From Candidatus Sulfotelmatobacter sp. (lineage in GTDB: Bacteria; Acidobacteriota; Terriglobia; Terriglobales; Acidobacteriaceae), in NCBI GenBank assembly GCA_030039165.1, contig JASHQM010000040.1, forward strand, positions 24,522 through 88,521: a DNA stretch of 64,000 bases. The letters run 5' to 3'. The position numbers and the translations under genes were made by a program. A model generated the notes under the pieces. It saw nothing but the letters and a program-made list of their open reading frames with translations, made no database searches and had not been told where the DNA came from. This document shows positions 8,920 to 17,107 of the stretch, piece after piece. How positions within the stretch are numbered: position 1 is the first letter of the stretch; every line of letters starts with the position of its first letter.

Positions 8920-10109
8920 GCTGCTGCCTGCACCTGCGAAAAAATACTCATGAGATTCTTATATCCTTGCTCCGGACCGTATTTAGTTTCGGTCAAACGG
9001 CGACCGTGGCCGCCCATGCGGATTGCCGCAGCGGGATCACCGGCAAGGTTTCGGATTTTTTGCGCGAGTTCACTCACCTTGCCGGCTTCAAATAAAAAAC
9101 CGGAGCGTCCCTCTTCCACGATGTAGGGCAAGCCTCCCATGCGTGAAGCGACCACCGGCTTCGCCGCCATAAATGCTTCCAGAACGGTGACGGGAAAATT
9201 CTCATACCACTCCGACGGCAAAACCAGGCAGAGCGCATCGCGCAGCAGTTGCCATTTCTCGTTGCCGCTCCTGAAGCCGAGAAACTCCACGTTCCCAATT
9301 CCCTTCTGGCGAACGTAATCGCGCAACTCCTGCTCCTGCGGCCCGGTTCCAATGATCTTCAGCGGAACCTCGGGCAGTTGTTCGAAGGCGCGGATCAGCG
9401 TCATGCAGCCTTTCTCAGGCGACAAGCGCCCGAGATAAAGTGCGTACTTGCCTGGGCTAGATATCTCCCCGGTCAGCGGCGGAGCGTACACAAAATTGGG
9501 GCGGACAAAAAGCTTGGAATCCGGAACGCCAAACTCGTGCATCTTGATTTTGAAAAACTCAGTGAGGCAGATGAATCCTGCAATCTTGTTCACCATGCCA
9601 GCCAGGCGGTTCGCGCCCAGCGCCGCACCGTACAGGCCGCTGAGAGCATAACTGTCTTTGTAGCAGCGGTTCCGCACTGCATTCAGATAATTGCCGTGCT
9701 TGCAGGCCTCACAAATCCGCCCCTTCGTGTAAAAGAATCCGTTCGGGCAGAAAGGCCGGAAATTATGCAGTACCTGCACCGCCGGCACGCCCAACGAATA
9801 CAGCTTGTGATAGACGGACGGCGAAATCAGCGGATAAATATTGTGCACAAATGCGACGTCGGGTTTGAAAGCCCGCACTACATCCCCGACTTCATCGCTG
9901 CTGCGCCATGAATAAATCGTTTGCGGGAGAAAAGCGGCCTTCTCGGCAATGTCGAACGACTTGATCTCGTCATTGTGGCGGGAGTAAACGAAAACTTCAT
10001 CGCCATAGCGTTCCAGCAGTTCGCGCTCGGCGCGCACCACGGAGTCCTCTCCGCCGAACTGCTGGTAGGCGCCGTGAATGAGCAAAACTCTCATCGGATC
10101 ATGAGCCAC
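8916..10109 (-). CDS. glycosyltransferase family 4 (GT-B, retaining type)
   Basis: N-terminal MRVLLIHGAYQQFGGEDS. C-terminal EX7E region LPSEWYENFPVTVLEAFMAAKPVVASRMGGLPYIVEEGRSGFLFE. ORF start is GTG 10109; ATG 10094 is an alternative. Confidence 0.9.
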   Translation of the reverse strand: MAHDPMRVLLIHGAYQQFGGEDSVVRAERELLERYGDEVFVYSRHNDEIKSFDIAEKAAFLPQTIYSWRSSDEVGDVVRAFKPDVAFVHNIYPLISPSVYHKLYSLGVPAVQVLHNFRPFCPNGFFYTKGRICEACKHGNYLNAVRNRCYKDSYALSGLYGAALGANRLAGMVNKIAGFICLTEFFKIKMHEFGVPDSKLFVRPNFVYAPPLTGEISSPGKYALYLGRLSPEKGCMTLIRAFEQLPEVPLKIIGTGPQEQELRDYVRQKGIGNVEFLGFRSGNEKWQLLRDALCLVLPSEWYENFPVTVLEAFMAAKPVVASRMGGLPYIVEEGRSGFLFEAGKVSELAQKIRNLAGDPAAAIRMGGHGRRLTETKYGPEQGYKNLMSIFSQVQAAA

Positions 10110-10175
10110 GAATTCGCACGGAATAATTCTTTCTCATCGATCCGTGTGAACCCGCGCAAAACGGTGGCAAAGACT

Positions 10176-10973
10176 TTACGCGTTCCCGTATTTCGCGATC
10201 CCCAGCAGCTCGAGAATGATCCGGTAAACGAACTTCGGGTTGTTCACCAGATAGCGTTTCCATAGCCGTTTGGGATCCTGATAAATGCGGTGCATCCATT
10301 GCATGCCGGTGAGCTTCATCCAATAGGGAGCGTCTTTGATGCGGCCGGTATGAATATCGAAGGCTGCGCCCACACCGAACATGATGTGCGCGTCGAGCTT
10401 CGAGATGTACTGGTCCATAAAGCGCTCTTGCTTCGGCGTGCTCAGGCCGACCCAGAAGAAGTCCGGTTTCATTTCGGCGACCATGCGAATAAGATCGGCC
10501 TCTTCCTCCGCGTTCAGGGGGCTGAACGGAGGAGTGTACGTGCCGACCACATTCATTCTTGGAAAGCGCGCCGTGAGCGATTTTTTTAGCTGCCCGGCGA
10601 CACCTTCGACGCCTCCGTAGAAGAAGTGCGTGTAGCGCTTCTCCTCCGACAGGGCGCAAAGCTTCAGCATCATGTCCGGGCCGGTGACCTGTCGCATCCT
10701 GAAAAATCCGCGCAGCCATCCCACCCAGACGGTCGGGCGGCCGTCGGGAGTGGTCAGCACGGAGTTGTTGATGATGCGCTTGAGGTTGGAATCGACCTGG
10801 GCTTCCATGATGCCCTGCACGCCGGTGACGCAGACATAGCCTTTCTCGCCATTGCGCAACGCCGATTCGATGCGCGCGAGGGCGCGGTCCATGCTGGTGG
10901 CATGCACCTTGACCCCAAGAATGCTTACACAGTCGTCGGCGGCGAAATTGGACAAAGCGGCGGTCGTGGCCAA
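10176..10973 (-). CDS. WecB/TagA/CpsF-family glycosyltransferase (GT26)
   Basis: ILGVKVHATSMDRALARIE...GYVCVTGVQGIMEA...TPDGRPTVWV...FGVGAAFD pattern typical of GT26. TTG start 10973, one nt after the epimerase stop. Confidence 0.85.
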   Translation of the reverse strand: MATTAALSNFAADDCVSILGVKVHATSMDRALARIESALRNGEKGYVCVTGVQGIMEAQVDSNLKRIINNSVLTTPDGRPTVWVGWLRGFFRMRQVTGPDMMLKLCALSEEKRYTHFFYGGVEGVAGQLKKSLTARFPRMNVVGTYTPPFSPLNAEEEADLIRMVAEMKPDFFWVGLSTPKQERFMDQYISKLDAHIMFGVGAAFDIHTGRIKDAPYWMKLTGMQWMHRIYQDPKRLWKRYLVNNPKFVYRIILELLGIAKYGNA

Positions 10974-10974
10974 G

Positions 10975-11982
10975 TTAGTCTCCTGCCACCTCGGCCAATT
11001 CGCCGGCTTCTTGCCCGGCTTCCTTCTTCTTCAATTCGCTCGCGATCCATTTGTAAGTGATCGCCAGGCCCTTTTCGAGCGGAGTGCCCGGCTCCCAGCC
11101 CAGCACTTTGCGCAGCAGGGTGTTATCGCTGTTGCGTCCGCGGACGCCCTGAGGCTTGGTAAGATCGTGGCGTTTCCTCAGATTCTTTCCCGCGATCGTG
11201 CAGACCATGTCGACGAGGTGATTGATACTGACCATTTCGTCGGTGCCGAGGTTGAGCGCTTCGCGATGGTTCGAAGCCATCAGACGAATCAGGCCCTCGA
11301 CACAGTCATCCACGTACATGTAAGAGCGTGTCTGATGACCGTCGCCCCAGATTTCGATCTCGCCGCCGTCGCGTGCCATGGCGACTTTGCGGGAAATCGC
11401 GGCGGGAGATTTCTCCTTGCCGCCGTCGTAGGTTCCGAGAGGTCCGTAGACGTTGTGGAAGCGCACGATGCGCGTCTCGAATTTGTAGTCATGATAGTAG
11501 TAACGGCAAAGTTCTTCGGCAAAGAGCTTTTCCCATCCGTAACCGGGCTCGGGATCGGCAGGATAGGCATCTTCTTCCTTCAGCGGCGTTACCTCCGCAC
11601 TCTTCTGCTTCGACTGCGCGTAAACGCAGGCGGAAGAAGAGAACAGGAAGCGCTTCACATGGTTCTGCTTGCTGGCTTCGAGCATGTGGGCGTTGATGAG
11701 GATGTTGTTCTTGGAAATCTCGGCCAGGAAGGCGGTGATGTAGCCAATCCCGCCCATATCGGCTGCGAGGTTATACACCTGATCGATGCCATGCGTTGCG
11801 GTCAGGCAGTTTTCCCACAGTCTGAGATCGAGAATTTGAAAGTCGTCTGCAGCAGACTTCTCGTACTCGGGGTACTTGATATCGACCCCGCGAACCCAAT
11901 GGCCATCCGCCTTTAGACGCTTGACCAGATGATGGCCAATGAACCCGCCCGCCCCCGTTACCAGTATTCGAGTCTTACCCAT
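10975..11982 (-). CDS. NAD-dependent nucleotide-sugar epimerase, GDP-mannose 3,5-epimerase-like
   Basis: Rossmann motif ILVTGAGGFIGHHL. YGWEKLFAEELCRYY...RFHNVYGP.GT..GG.EK.PAA..RK closely resembles my recollection of plant/bacterial GME (YGLEKLATEELCKHY...RFHNIYGPFGTWKGGREKAPAAFCRK). The subfamily call is from memory only. Confidence 0.8.
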   Translation of the reverse strand: MGKTRILVTGAGGFIGHHLVKRLKADGHWVRGVDIKYPEYEKSAADDFQILDLRLWENCLTATHGIDQVYNLAADMGGIGYITAFLAEISKNNILINAHMLEASKQNHVKRFLFSSSACVYAQSKQKSAEVTPLKEEDAYPADPEPGYGWEKLFAEELCRYYYHDYKFETRIVRFHNVYGPLGTYDGGKEKSPAAISRKVAMARDGGEIEIWGDGHQTRSYMYVDDCVEGLIRLMASNHREALNLGTDEMVSINHLVDMVCTIAGKNLRKRHDLTKPQGVRGRNSDNTLLRKVLGWEPGTPLEKGLAITYKWIASELKKKEAGQEAGELAEVAGD

Positions 11983-12105
11983 TTTGCACTCCCCCTAAAC
12001 GTTGATTAAGTTATTTGTTGCCCGAAAATCGCGGTTGCGACTTCCCTTTTTTCTTTCTTCAAGACTTTTCTTCCCGCACAAGGTGATCTACCGTCTCATC
12101 GCTGG

Positions 12106-13668
12106 TCAAGAATATTCCGCATCGAGCTGCCAGGTACGCGGCTCCGGCACTGCGACCGGCACGGCGTCGCGCTTTCTCTGGACGCGTATGAATTCCGCAT
12201 AGCCCAAAATCGCGAAGTACAGCAGCGGGCAGTGCCAGCTGAGCTCATCGTTAAAGAACGAATGGATCGTCAACATCCCGAGCAGTGCAAAGCACTCCAG
12301 TGCGAGCTGCCGCTGCTCGGGCGCAAAGGCGTTGCTGCGGATGCAGCGGAACAGAAACCACCAGGCTGCGATCAACGCGCCCGCAAAAGGAATCAGTCCC
12401 CAGAAGCTGGTGCCGATGATCACTTCGACCCAATCGCTGTGCATCATGGCGGCGGCGCCCACCCCCAGTTTGCCCAGCACGGCAAAGCGCCCTGCGGCAT
12501 AGGCGCCAAGCCCGGTAAACGGATGCTTGGACAACTGTTCCATGCCGTACGCCCACCAAGCGGTGCGTCCGCTCAAGGAGTCGAGTGCGCTAGAGGACTG
12601 ATCCCGTTCGGCGAAGCTCACGAGCAATTCCCAGCCCTTCTCCCACATGCGCTGGCTCAACAGCAGTGACACGGTGACGAAGGGCGCCAAAACGGCGGTA
12701 CTGATCACCACAATCTTGCGCAATTGCCGGTTGAAGAAAACAACCATCAGCACCGCGATGGCGAAAGCGGCCTCGGCGTTTCGCGTTTGCGACAGCACCA
12801 TCGAAACCATGCCGAAGATCAGCAGCAAGATGTACCAGGCCTGGCTCTTGGCCTTGCCGTAAATCGGCCAGAGACGGCAGAGAGCTACGATGCACAGAAC
12901 TGCCCCCGACGTGCCTACGCTGTTCGAGGCCTCGACGGGGATGACGCCCGTGAGACGTCCGCCATCCATGGCTTCCGTCGGCCAGATCGGGAGATTGCTC
13001 CAGACACCGACGAGCGAAAGCCCGTAAAAGGTAAACGTCCAGTCCAGAAGATTTTGATAGGTCAAAAATGAATCGGCGCTGGCCACGATAGCGGCAAGCA
13101 GCGAAACGTCGGCCAGAAATTCCAGAGACTTGTAGGCTGTCCAGGATGCGTTCACCGACCAGGCGCTCGAGGCTACGCAAATCACGCAATAGATCGCCAT
13201 CAGGCCGGGAATGCCGGTGAACAACGCTTTCAGCCAGTTGGGTTTTTTCAACAGCAGACGAATAATCAGGCTCAGCGACACGAACGCCTCGGGAAGGACA
13301 CGCGTCATAGCCCACGCATCGAGTGGGTTCGCCTTCGCGGCATCGACATCGCGGATGCGGAAAACCAAAATGCTGAAGAAAATCAGAAACCACAGCGGAT
13401 GCCACCACGTCCAGTTCTGGCGTAGCAATCGCAGCTTGGACAATCCCTGGGGGAACGCTTTCACGGCCAGCCACACGGTGGGAATCATCAGCAGGATGGC
13501 ACCGGCAGCAACGAGCGCTCCGTAAGGCTGCGAACCCGCTAACATCGAGATCGCGACTGCGATCGAGAATCCGAACACGACAAAAAACACCAGCAGCCAC
13601 AACGAACTGCGCCGCCGCGCGTTCATTTCACTGGCGTCCGGTGTTCGGACTGTTGCGCCCAGACTCAT
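12106..13668 (-). CDS. O-antigen ligase/polymerase-like (Wzy_C) integral membrane protein
   Basis: About 12 predicted TM stretches, and SQTRNAEAAFAIAVLMV typical of the Wzy_C loop. Internal ATG 13668 overlaps the GH10 stop (tcat 13665-13668 = ATGA). The 13767 start would overlap GH10 by 100 nt. Confidence 0.8.
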   Translation of the reverse strand: MSLGATVRTPDASEMNARRRSSLWLLVFFVVFGFSIAVAISMLAGSQPYGALVAAGAILLMIPTVWLAVKAFPQGLSKLRLLRQNWTWWHPLWFLIFFSILVFRIRDVDAAKANPLDAWAMTRVLPEAFVSLSLIIRLLLKKPNWLKALFTGIPGLMAIYCVICVASSAWSVNASWTAYKSLEFLADVSLLAAIVASADSFLTYQNLLDWTFTFYGLSLVGVWSNLPIWPTEAMDGGRLTGVIPVEASNSVGTSGAVLCIVALCRLWPIYGKAKSQAWYILLLIFGMVSMVLSQTRNAEAAFAIAVLMVVFFNRQLRKIVVISTAVLAPFVTVSLLLSQRMWEKGWELLVSFAERDQSSSALDSLSGRTAWWAYGMEQLSKHPFTGLGAYAAGRFAVLGKLGVGAAAMMHSDWVEVIIGTSFWGLIPFAGALIAAWWFLFRCIRSNAFAPEQRQLALECFALLGMLTIHSFFNDELSWHCPLLYFAILGYAEFIRVQRKRDAVPVAVPEPRTWQLDAEYS

Positions 13669-14753
13669 CTTCCTTCCTTCAACGCCTGCAACACGCCGTC
13701 GTACGCAGGCTTTTTCCTGTATTCGTCGTCGAACAACACAGGCTTGGCGTCGGGCAAAGTGTTCCAATCTCTCGTGCGCAGCCAGGTGTAGCGGTCCGCG
13801 ATGCCCCAGGTCATCAAACCGATGCAGTTCGCATCCTGTAAGCAGGCATGTACGATGTTGTAGAAAACTTCTTTCTGCTTGGCAAAAGCTTCGGCCGAGT
13901 CTGTCGGACCCTGGTAAACGTCCATTTCGGTAACGTGCACCTTTACGCCCGCCTCGCGCGCGTTGCGCAAAAATTCCTTAAACTCGTCGAGATACGTCGG
14001 CCGCAGTTGCGGCATCTCCCAGTGCATCTCAGTCCCCACTGCGTCGATCGGCGCTCCCTCCGCTTTCAGGCGCTTTACTAAAGCCCAGAACTCGTCGGCA
14101 CGTTTCTTGTCGATCCCTCCCTGGCCGAACGTGTCATTCAGCATGAGCAAGGCATCGGGCTTTGCCGCTTCGCGCGCATATTGGAACGCTTTCACCATGT
14201 ATTGGTCATCGCCCAGAATTCGCGACCAGCATCCGTTGTGATTGGGTTCGGTCGGCTCGTTGACTACTTCCCACGCGTAGTAACTGTCGCCGCCATGGTG
14301 GACAACCGCCTGAATCTGTTCCTTTAGTATCTCGTCCAGATCCTTCGGCGACCATCCCCCGCAAGTGCCATTATTAAAGTTCAGCCAGGGCGCGGAAACC
14401 GCATTTTTGTAAACCAGGCAGTGTCCCATGAGCTTCACATCGTTTTGCCGGGCAAAGCTCACGGCCTCATCCATCGGGTCCCAGTTGAAGTCCCCGCGCC
14501 GGGGCTGCGTAATTCCTTGAAAAACAATGGAAACCGCGGCATTGAATTCGCGCGCCAGGACCGGCCTGTATTCCGGATCGCGGTTCCACATGCGTCCCTG
14601 AATGGTCGTGCCAACGTAGAAATGGAGCTTGTCGGCGGCCTGGCGCAGGGTTTGGCTGTCGGACCCGGCATCCTTGCTCTGGGGGAATGCAGCAGGCAAA
14701 AGCGCCACCATCATCGCCAGAACAGGCACGATTTTCTTGAGTACTAAAGTCAT
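13665..14753 (-). CDS. secreted glycoside hydrolase family 10 (endo-beta-1,4-xylanase-type)
   Basis: Signal-like MTLVLKKIVPVLAMMVALLPAAFPQ. GH10 acid/base YAWEVVNEP and nucleophile VHVTEMDV are both intact. WG(I/V)ADRYTW near the C-terminus. Confidence 0.85.
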   Translation of the reverse strand: MTLVLKKIVPVLAMMVALLPAAFPQSKDAGSDSQTLRQAADKLHFYVGTTIQGRMWNRDPEYRPVLAREFNAAVSIVFQGITQPRRGDFNWDPMDEAVSFARQNDVKLMGHCLVYKNAVSAPWLNFNNGTCGGWSPKDLDEILKEQIQAVVHHGGDSYYAWEVVNEPTEPNHNGCWSRILGDDQYMVKAFQYAREAAKPDALLMLNDTFGQGGIDKKRADEFWALVKRLKAEGAPIDAVGTEMHWEMPQLRPTYLDEFKEFLRNAREAGVKVHVTEMDVYQGPTDSAEAFAKQKEVFYNIVHACLQDANCIGLMTWGIADRYTWLRTRDWNTLPDAKPVLFDDEYRKKPAYDGVLQALKEGR

Positions 14754-14789
14754 CGAAGAGGATATTACTCGTAAAGCCGAGAGCGGGCG

Positions 14790-15686
14790 TTACGCCTGCA
14801 CTTCGGCAATCTCTTCACGCTGCGCCGGCGTCTCCAAACCCGCAGGGTAGCCGGTGCGCTGCAGCGCATCTGCAGCGTATTTCCCGACCATCTCGATCTG
14901 TGCCGCGTTCAGCTTTTCGCGCCAGCCGCCGACCGAGCCAGAGCGCACGAAGCGCGCGTCTTCCTTGTCGATGCGATGCTTGCGCAACAGTGTTCCCTTG
15001 CCTAGCGTGGCGCCGGAGGTCTTGGCCTTTTCTTCCTTCTCGCGCATGGCACGGAGAGAGTTGTTTTCGATGGCGCGGCGGATCAAATTGCGATCGGCCG
15101 GAATCCCCAGGAATTCGAGCATCTCCACCAAACCGGGCTCGGTATCGGCACGCAAATCCTCGTACCGCACTACCAGCAGATTGCCATTCTTCGCCAGTGC
15201 GCAATCCAACCACGAGTTCACATGTTTCTGCCATGAACCGAAGCGGGTGACTTTGCCTTTGAGGAAGTTTTCGACATAGCCATCCATTCCCCGGCCCTGA
15301 TCGAAGTACTGCGAGAAACCCATTTCCTTGTCCCGCGCCCAGTTCGAGAGCATCACATCGCGGAGATCGCGGATAAGGTAGATCGCTCGCTTGTAGACGG
15401 GACGGTACATATAGTGCGTCTTGATCAGCCGCCCGCCATTGGGCAAGGCCGGCTTCATCTTCATATGGGTGCCGAGCTCGGGCAGAATCTGGTTTACGTT
15501 CAGGAATCCTGCATTGTCTTTGGTAAGAATCTCCATGAGGACAAAACGCAGCCAGGTGTTACCTGAACGCTCGAACGACGCCAGGTATGTGTCCCTATCA
15601 TTGAGGCCGCGGTGCTCCCACCATCCTTTGGGAGCGCGGAGTTTGGTTCGCGATGCCCGGAAACGTAGTTCTTTCAGTTTGTTCAT
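14790..15686 (-). CDS. sulfotransferase domain protein
   Basis: 5'-PSB SFERSGNTWLRFVL, 3'-PB YLIRDLRDVMLSNW, and a C-terminal RSGSVGGWREKL-type motif. ATG 15686 lies 7 nt after the flippase stop codon (15694-15696); GTG 15704 is an alternative. Confidence 0.85.
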   Translation of the reverse strand: MNKLKELRFRASRTKLRAPKGWWEHRGLNDRDTYLASFERSGNTWLRFVLMEILTKDNAGFLNVNQILPELGTHMKMKPALPNGGRLIKTHYMYRPVYKRAIYLIRDLRDVMLSNWARDKEMGFSQYFDQGRGMDGYVENFLKGKVTRFGSWQKHVNSWLDCALAKNGNLLVVRYEDLRADTEPGLVEMLEFLGIPADRNLIRRAIENNSLRAMREKEEKAKTSGATLGKGTLLRKHRIDKEDARFVRSGSVGGWREKLNAAQIEMVGKYAADALQRTGYPAGLETPAQREEIAEVQA

Positions 15687-15693
15687 GAGGAGA

Positions 15694-17079
15694 TTAACCT
15701 TCACCTTCCAGAACAGGATTCAGCACCGGCGGTGTCTGCGATTTGCGTTGCAGAATATACATCGAGATCAGAAAAGCGGCGATGTTGGCGATGATGAGGC
15801 TCACAACTACGCCCCATAACCCAAACCACTTCGTGGCTGGAACGCCGACCAGCAAAGATAAAATGCTGGCTGCCAGTCGCGCCCAAAAAATGGAGTCGGG
15901 CGATTCGATGGCGCGCAACAGAATTGCAGGGCCAAAAGCCGCGCTCCACAACGTGGTTCCGATCGCCACGTAGGGAATGAAGTGGGCGACCTCCATATAC
16001 TTCCCCCCGTACAGCAGGTGAAACACCGGAACCTTCAACGGAATCAGCACCGCCCAGTAAGCGAACGCGCCGCCAACGAACAGCATGATGATTCGCCGCA
16101 CCAGCGGCCCTGAGGCCGAGATCCCATGCTGGCGGCAGATGCGCGCCGCGTAGGGCAGAAACAAAATCGACAGCGCCGTGTAGCTCTGCTCCATGGGCAG
16201 CGACAAATTCATGAGCGCGCGCAACTGCCCCGCTTGCGCCATCCCACCGAATGCGCTGACCAACGGGTAATACATGTAGTAGGGAATCCAAGTCACCACC
16301 GAAACCGCCAAAGCCCACCGTCCGTATTCCCAATGCTTGTGCCACGCCTGGCTGCGAGTGGGAGGAGTCCCCGTATCCGGCGGCAGAACCTTGTTGATCT
16401 GCGAGAGCAGGAAGAAGCCTGTTCCAACCGCGCCCAGTGCCATCAGCAGATATGCAGAAAAAGGCGACATCAGCGCGCGCTTGTAAGCGACGAACAAGCC
16501 GCCAGTGACGACCACGAAGTAAATGAACGCCCCAACCGTCGCCCGCGCCGGAGCGAGGTTCATATAGAACGAGCGCCGCATCAGCCAGAAAAACAGAATG
16601 CAGGGCGAGGCGATGGCCACGCCGGCGAGTGCTCCCGGCAGACCCCCGTCTTTGCCCATGGCTGCGGCTACAGCCGCTGCGCCGCCCAGCAACACCACTC
16701 CGAAGAGCGTAAGAATCAGGTGAATCCCGAGCAGCGTCTTCAAATACCCGCGCAGCGCCTTGCTATAAGCAGATCCGCTAAACACCGCCTGCGGTTCGGC
16801 CAGGAACGACTGATACACATAGGAGAGCAGCAGGAAGATCGAAAACGCCAGCGCGAACGCGCCGTATTGATCCTGTGTGAGCCAACGCGCCAACAAAAGA
16901 CTGACCAGAAAGTTAGAACCGGAAATCAGCCCCTGATCGAGAATGGCGAGGCCGCCTTTGGTGACCCAGCGGGCAAGTCTTCCGCCCGGGGGCGTCGCGG
17001 ACTCTGTTTCAGCCAAAACTGCGCCGGCGGCGTTGGCCAATTCCGCATCGAGGAGTTCTTCTGTCTGGGACAAGCTCAT
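15694..17079 (-). CDS. Wzx-type oligosaccharide flippase (MOP superfamily polysaccharide biosynthesis protein)
   Basis: About 12-14 TM helices. N-terminal LAILDQGLISGSNFLVSLLLARWLTQDQYGAFALAFSI is typical of the family. ATG 17079 avoids a 70-nt overlap with the NRPS gene. Confidence 0.8.
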   Translation of the reverse strand: MSLSQTEELLDAELANAAGAVLAETESATPPGGRLARWVTKGGLAILDQGLISGSNFLVSLLLARWLTQDQYGAFALAFSIFLLLSYVYQSFLAEPQAVFSGSAYSKALRGYLKTLLGIHLILTLFGVVLLGGAAAVAAAMGKDGGLPGALAGVAIASPCILFFWLMRRSFYMNLAPARATVGAFIYFVVVTGGLFVAYKRALMSPFSAYLLMALGAVGTGFFLLSQINKVLPPDTGTPPTRSQAWHKHWEYGRWALAVSVVTWIPYYMYYPLVSAFGGMAQAGQLRALMNLSLPMEQSYTALSILFLPYAARICRQHGISASGPLVRRIIMLFVGGAFAYWAVLIPLKVPVFHLLYGGKYMEVAHFIPYVAIGTTLWSAAFGPAILLRAIESPDSIFWARLAASILSLLVGVPATKWFGLWGVVVSLIIANIAAFLISMYILQRKSQTPPVLNPVLEGEG

Positions 17080-17107
17080 TATGAGGGCAAACCTTTTATG
17101 TAATGTC

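Noticed and set aside
10852-11916. 354-aa plus-strand ORF
   Set aside because: It is entirely antisense to the epimerase gene, which has unambiguous Rossmann and SDR motifs. The ORF has no recognisable motif.
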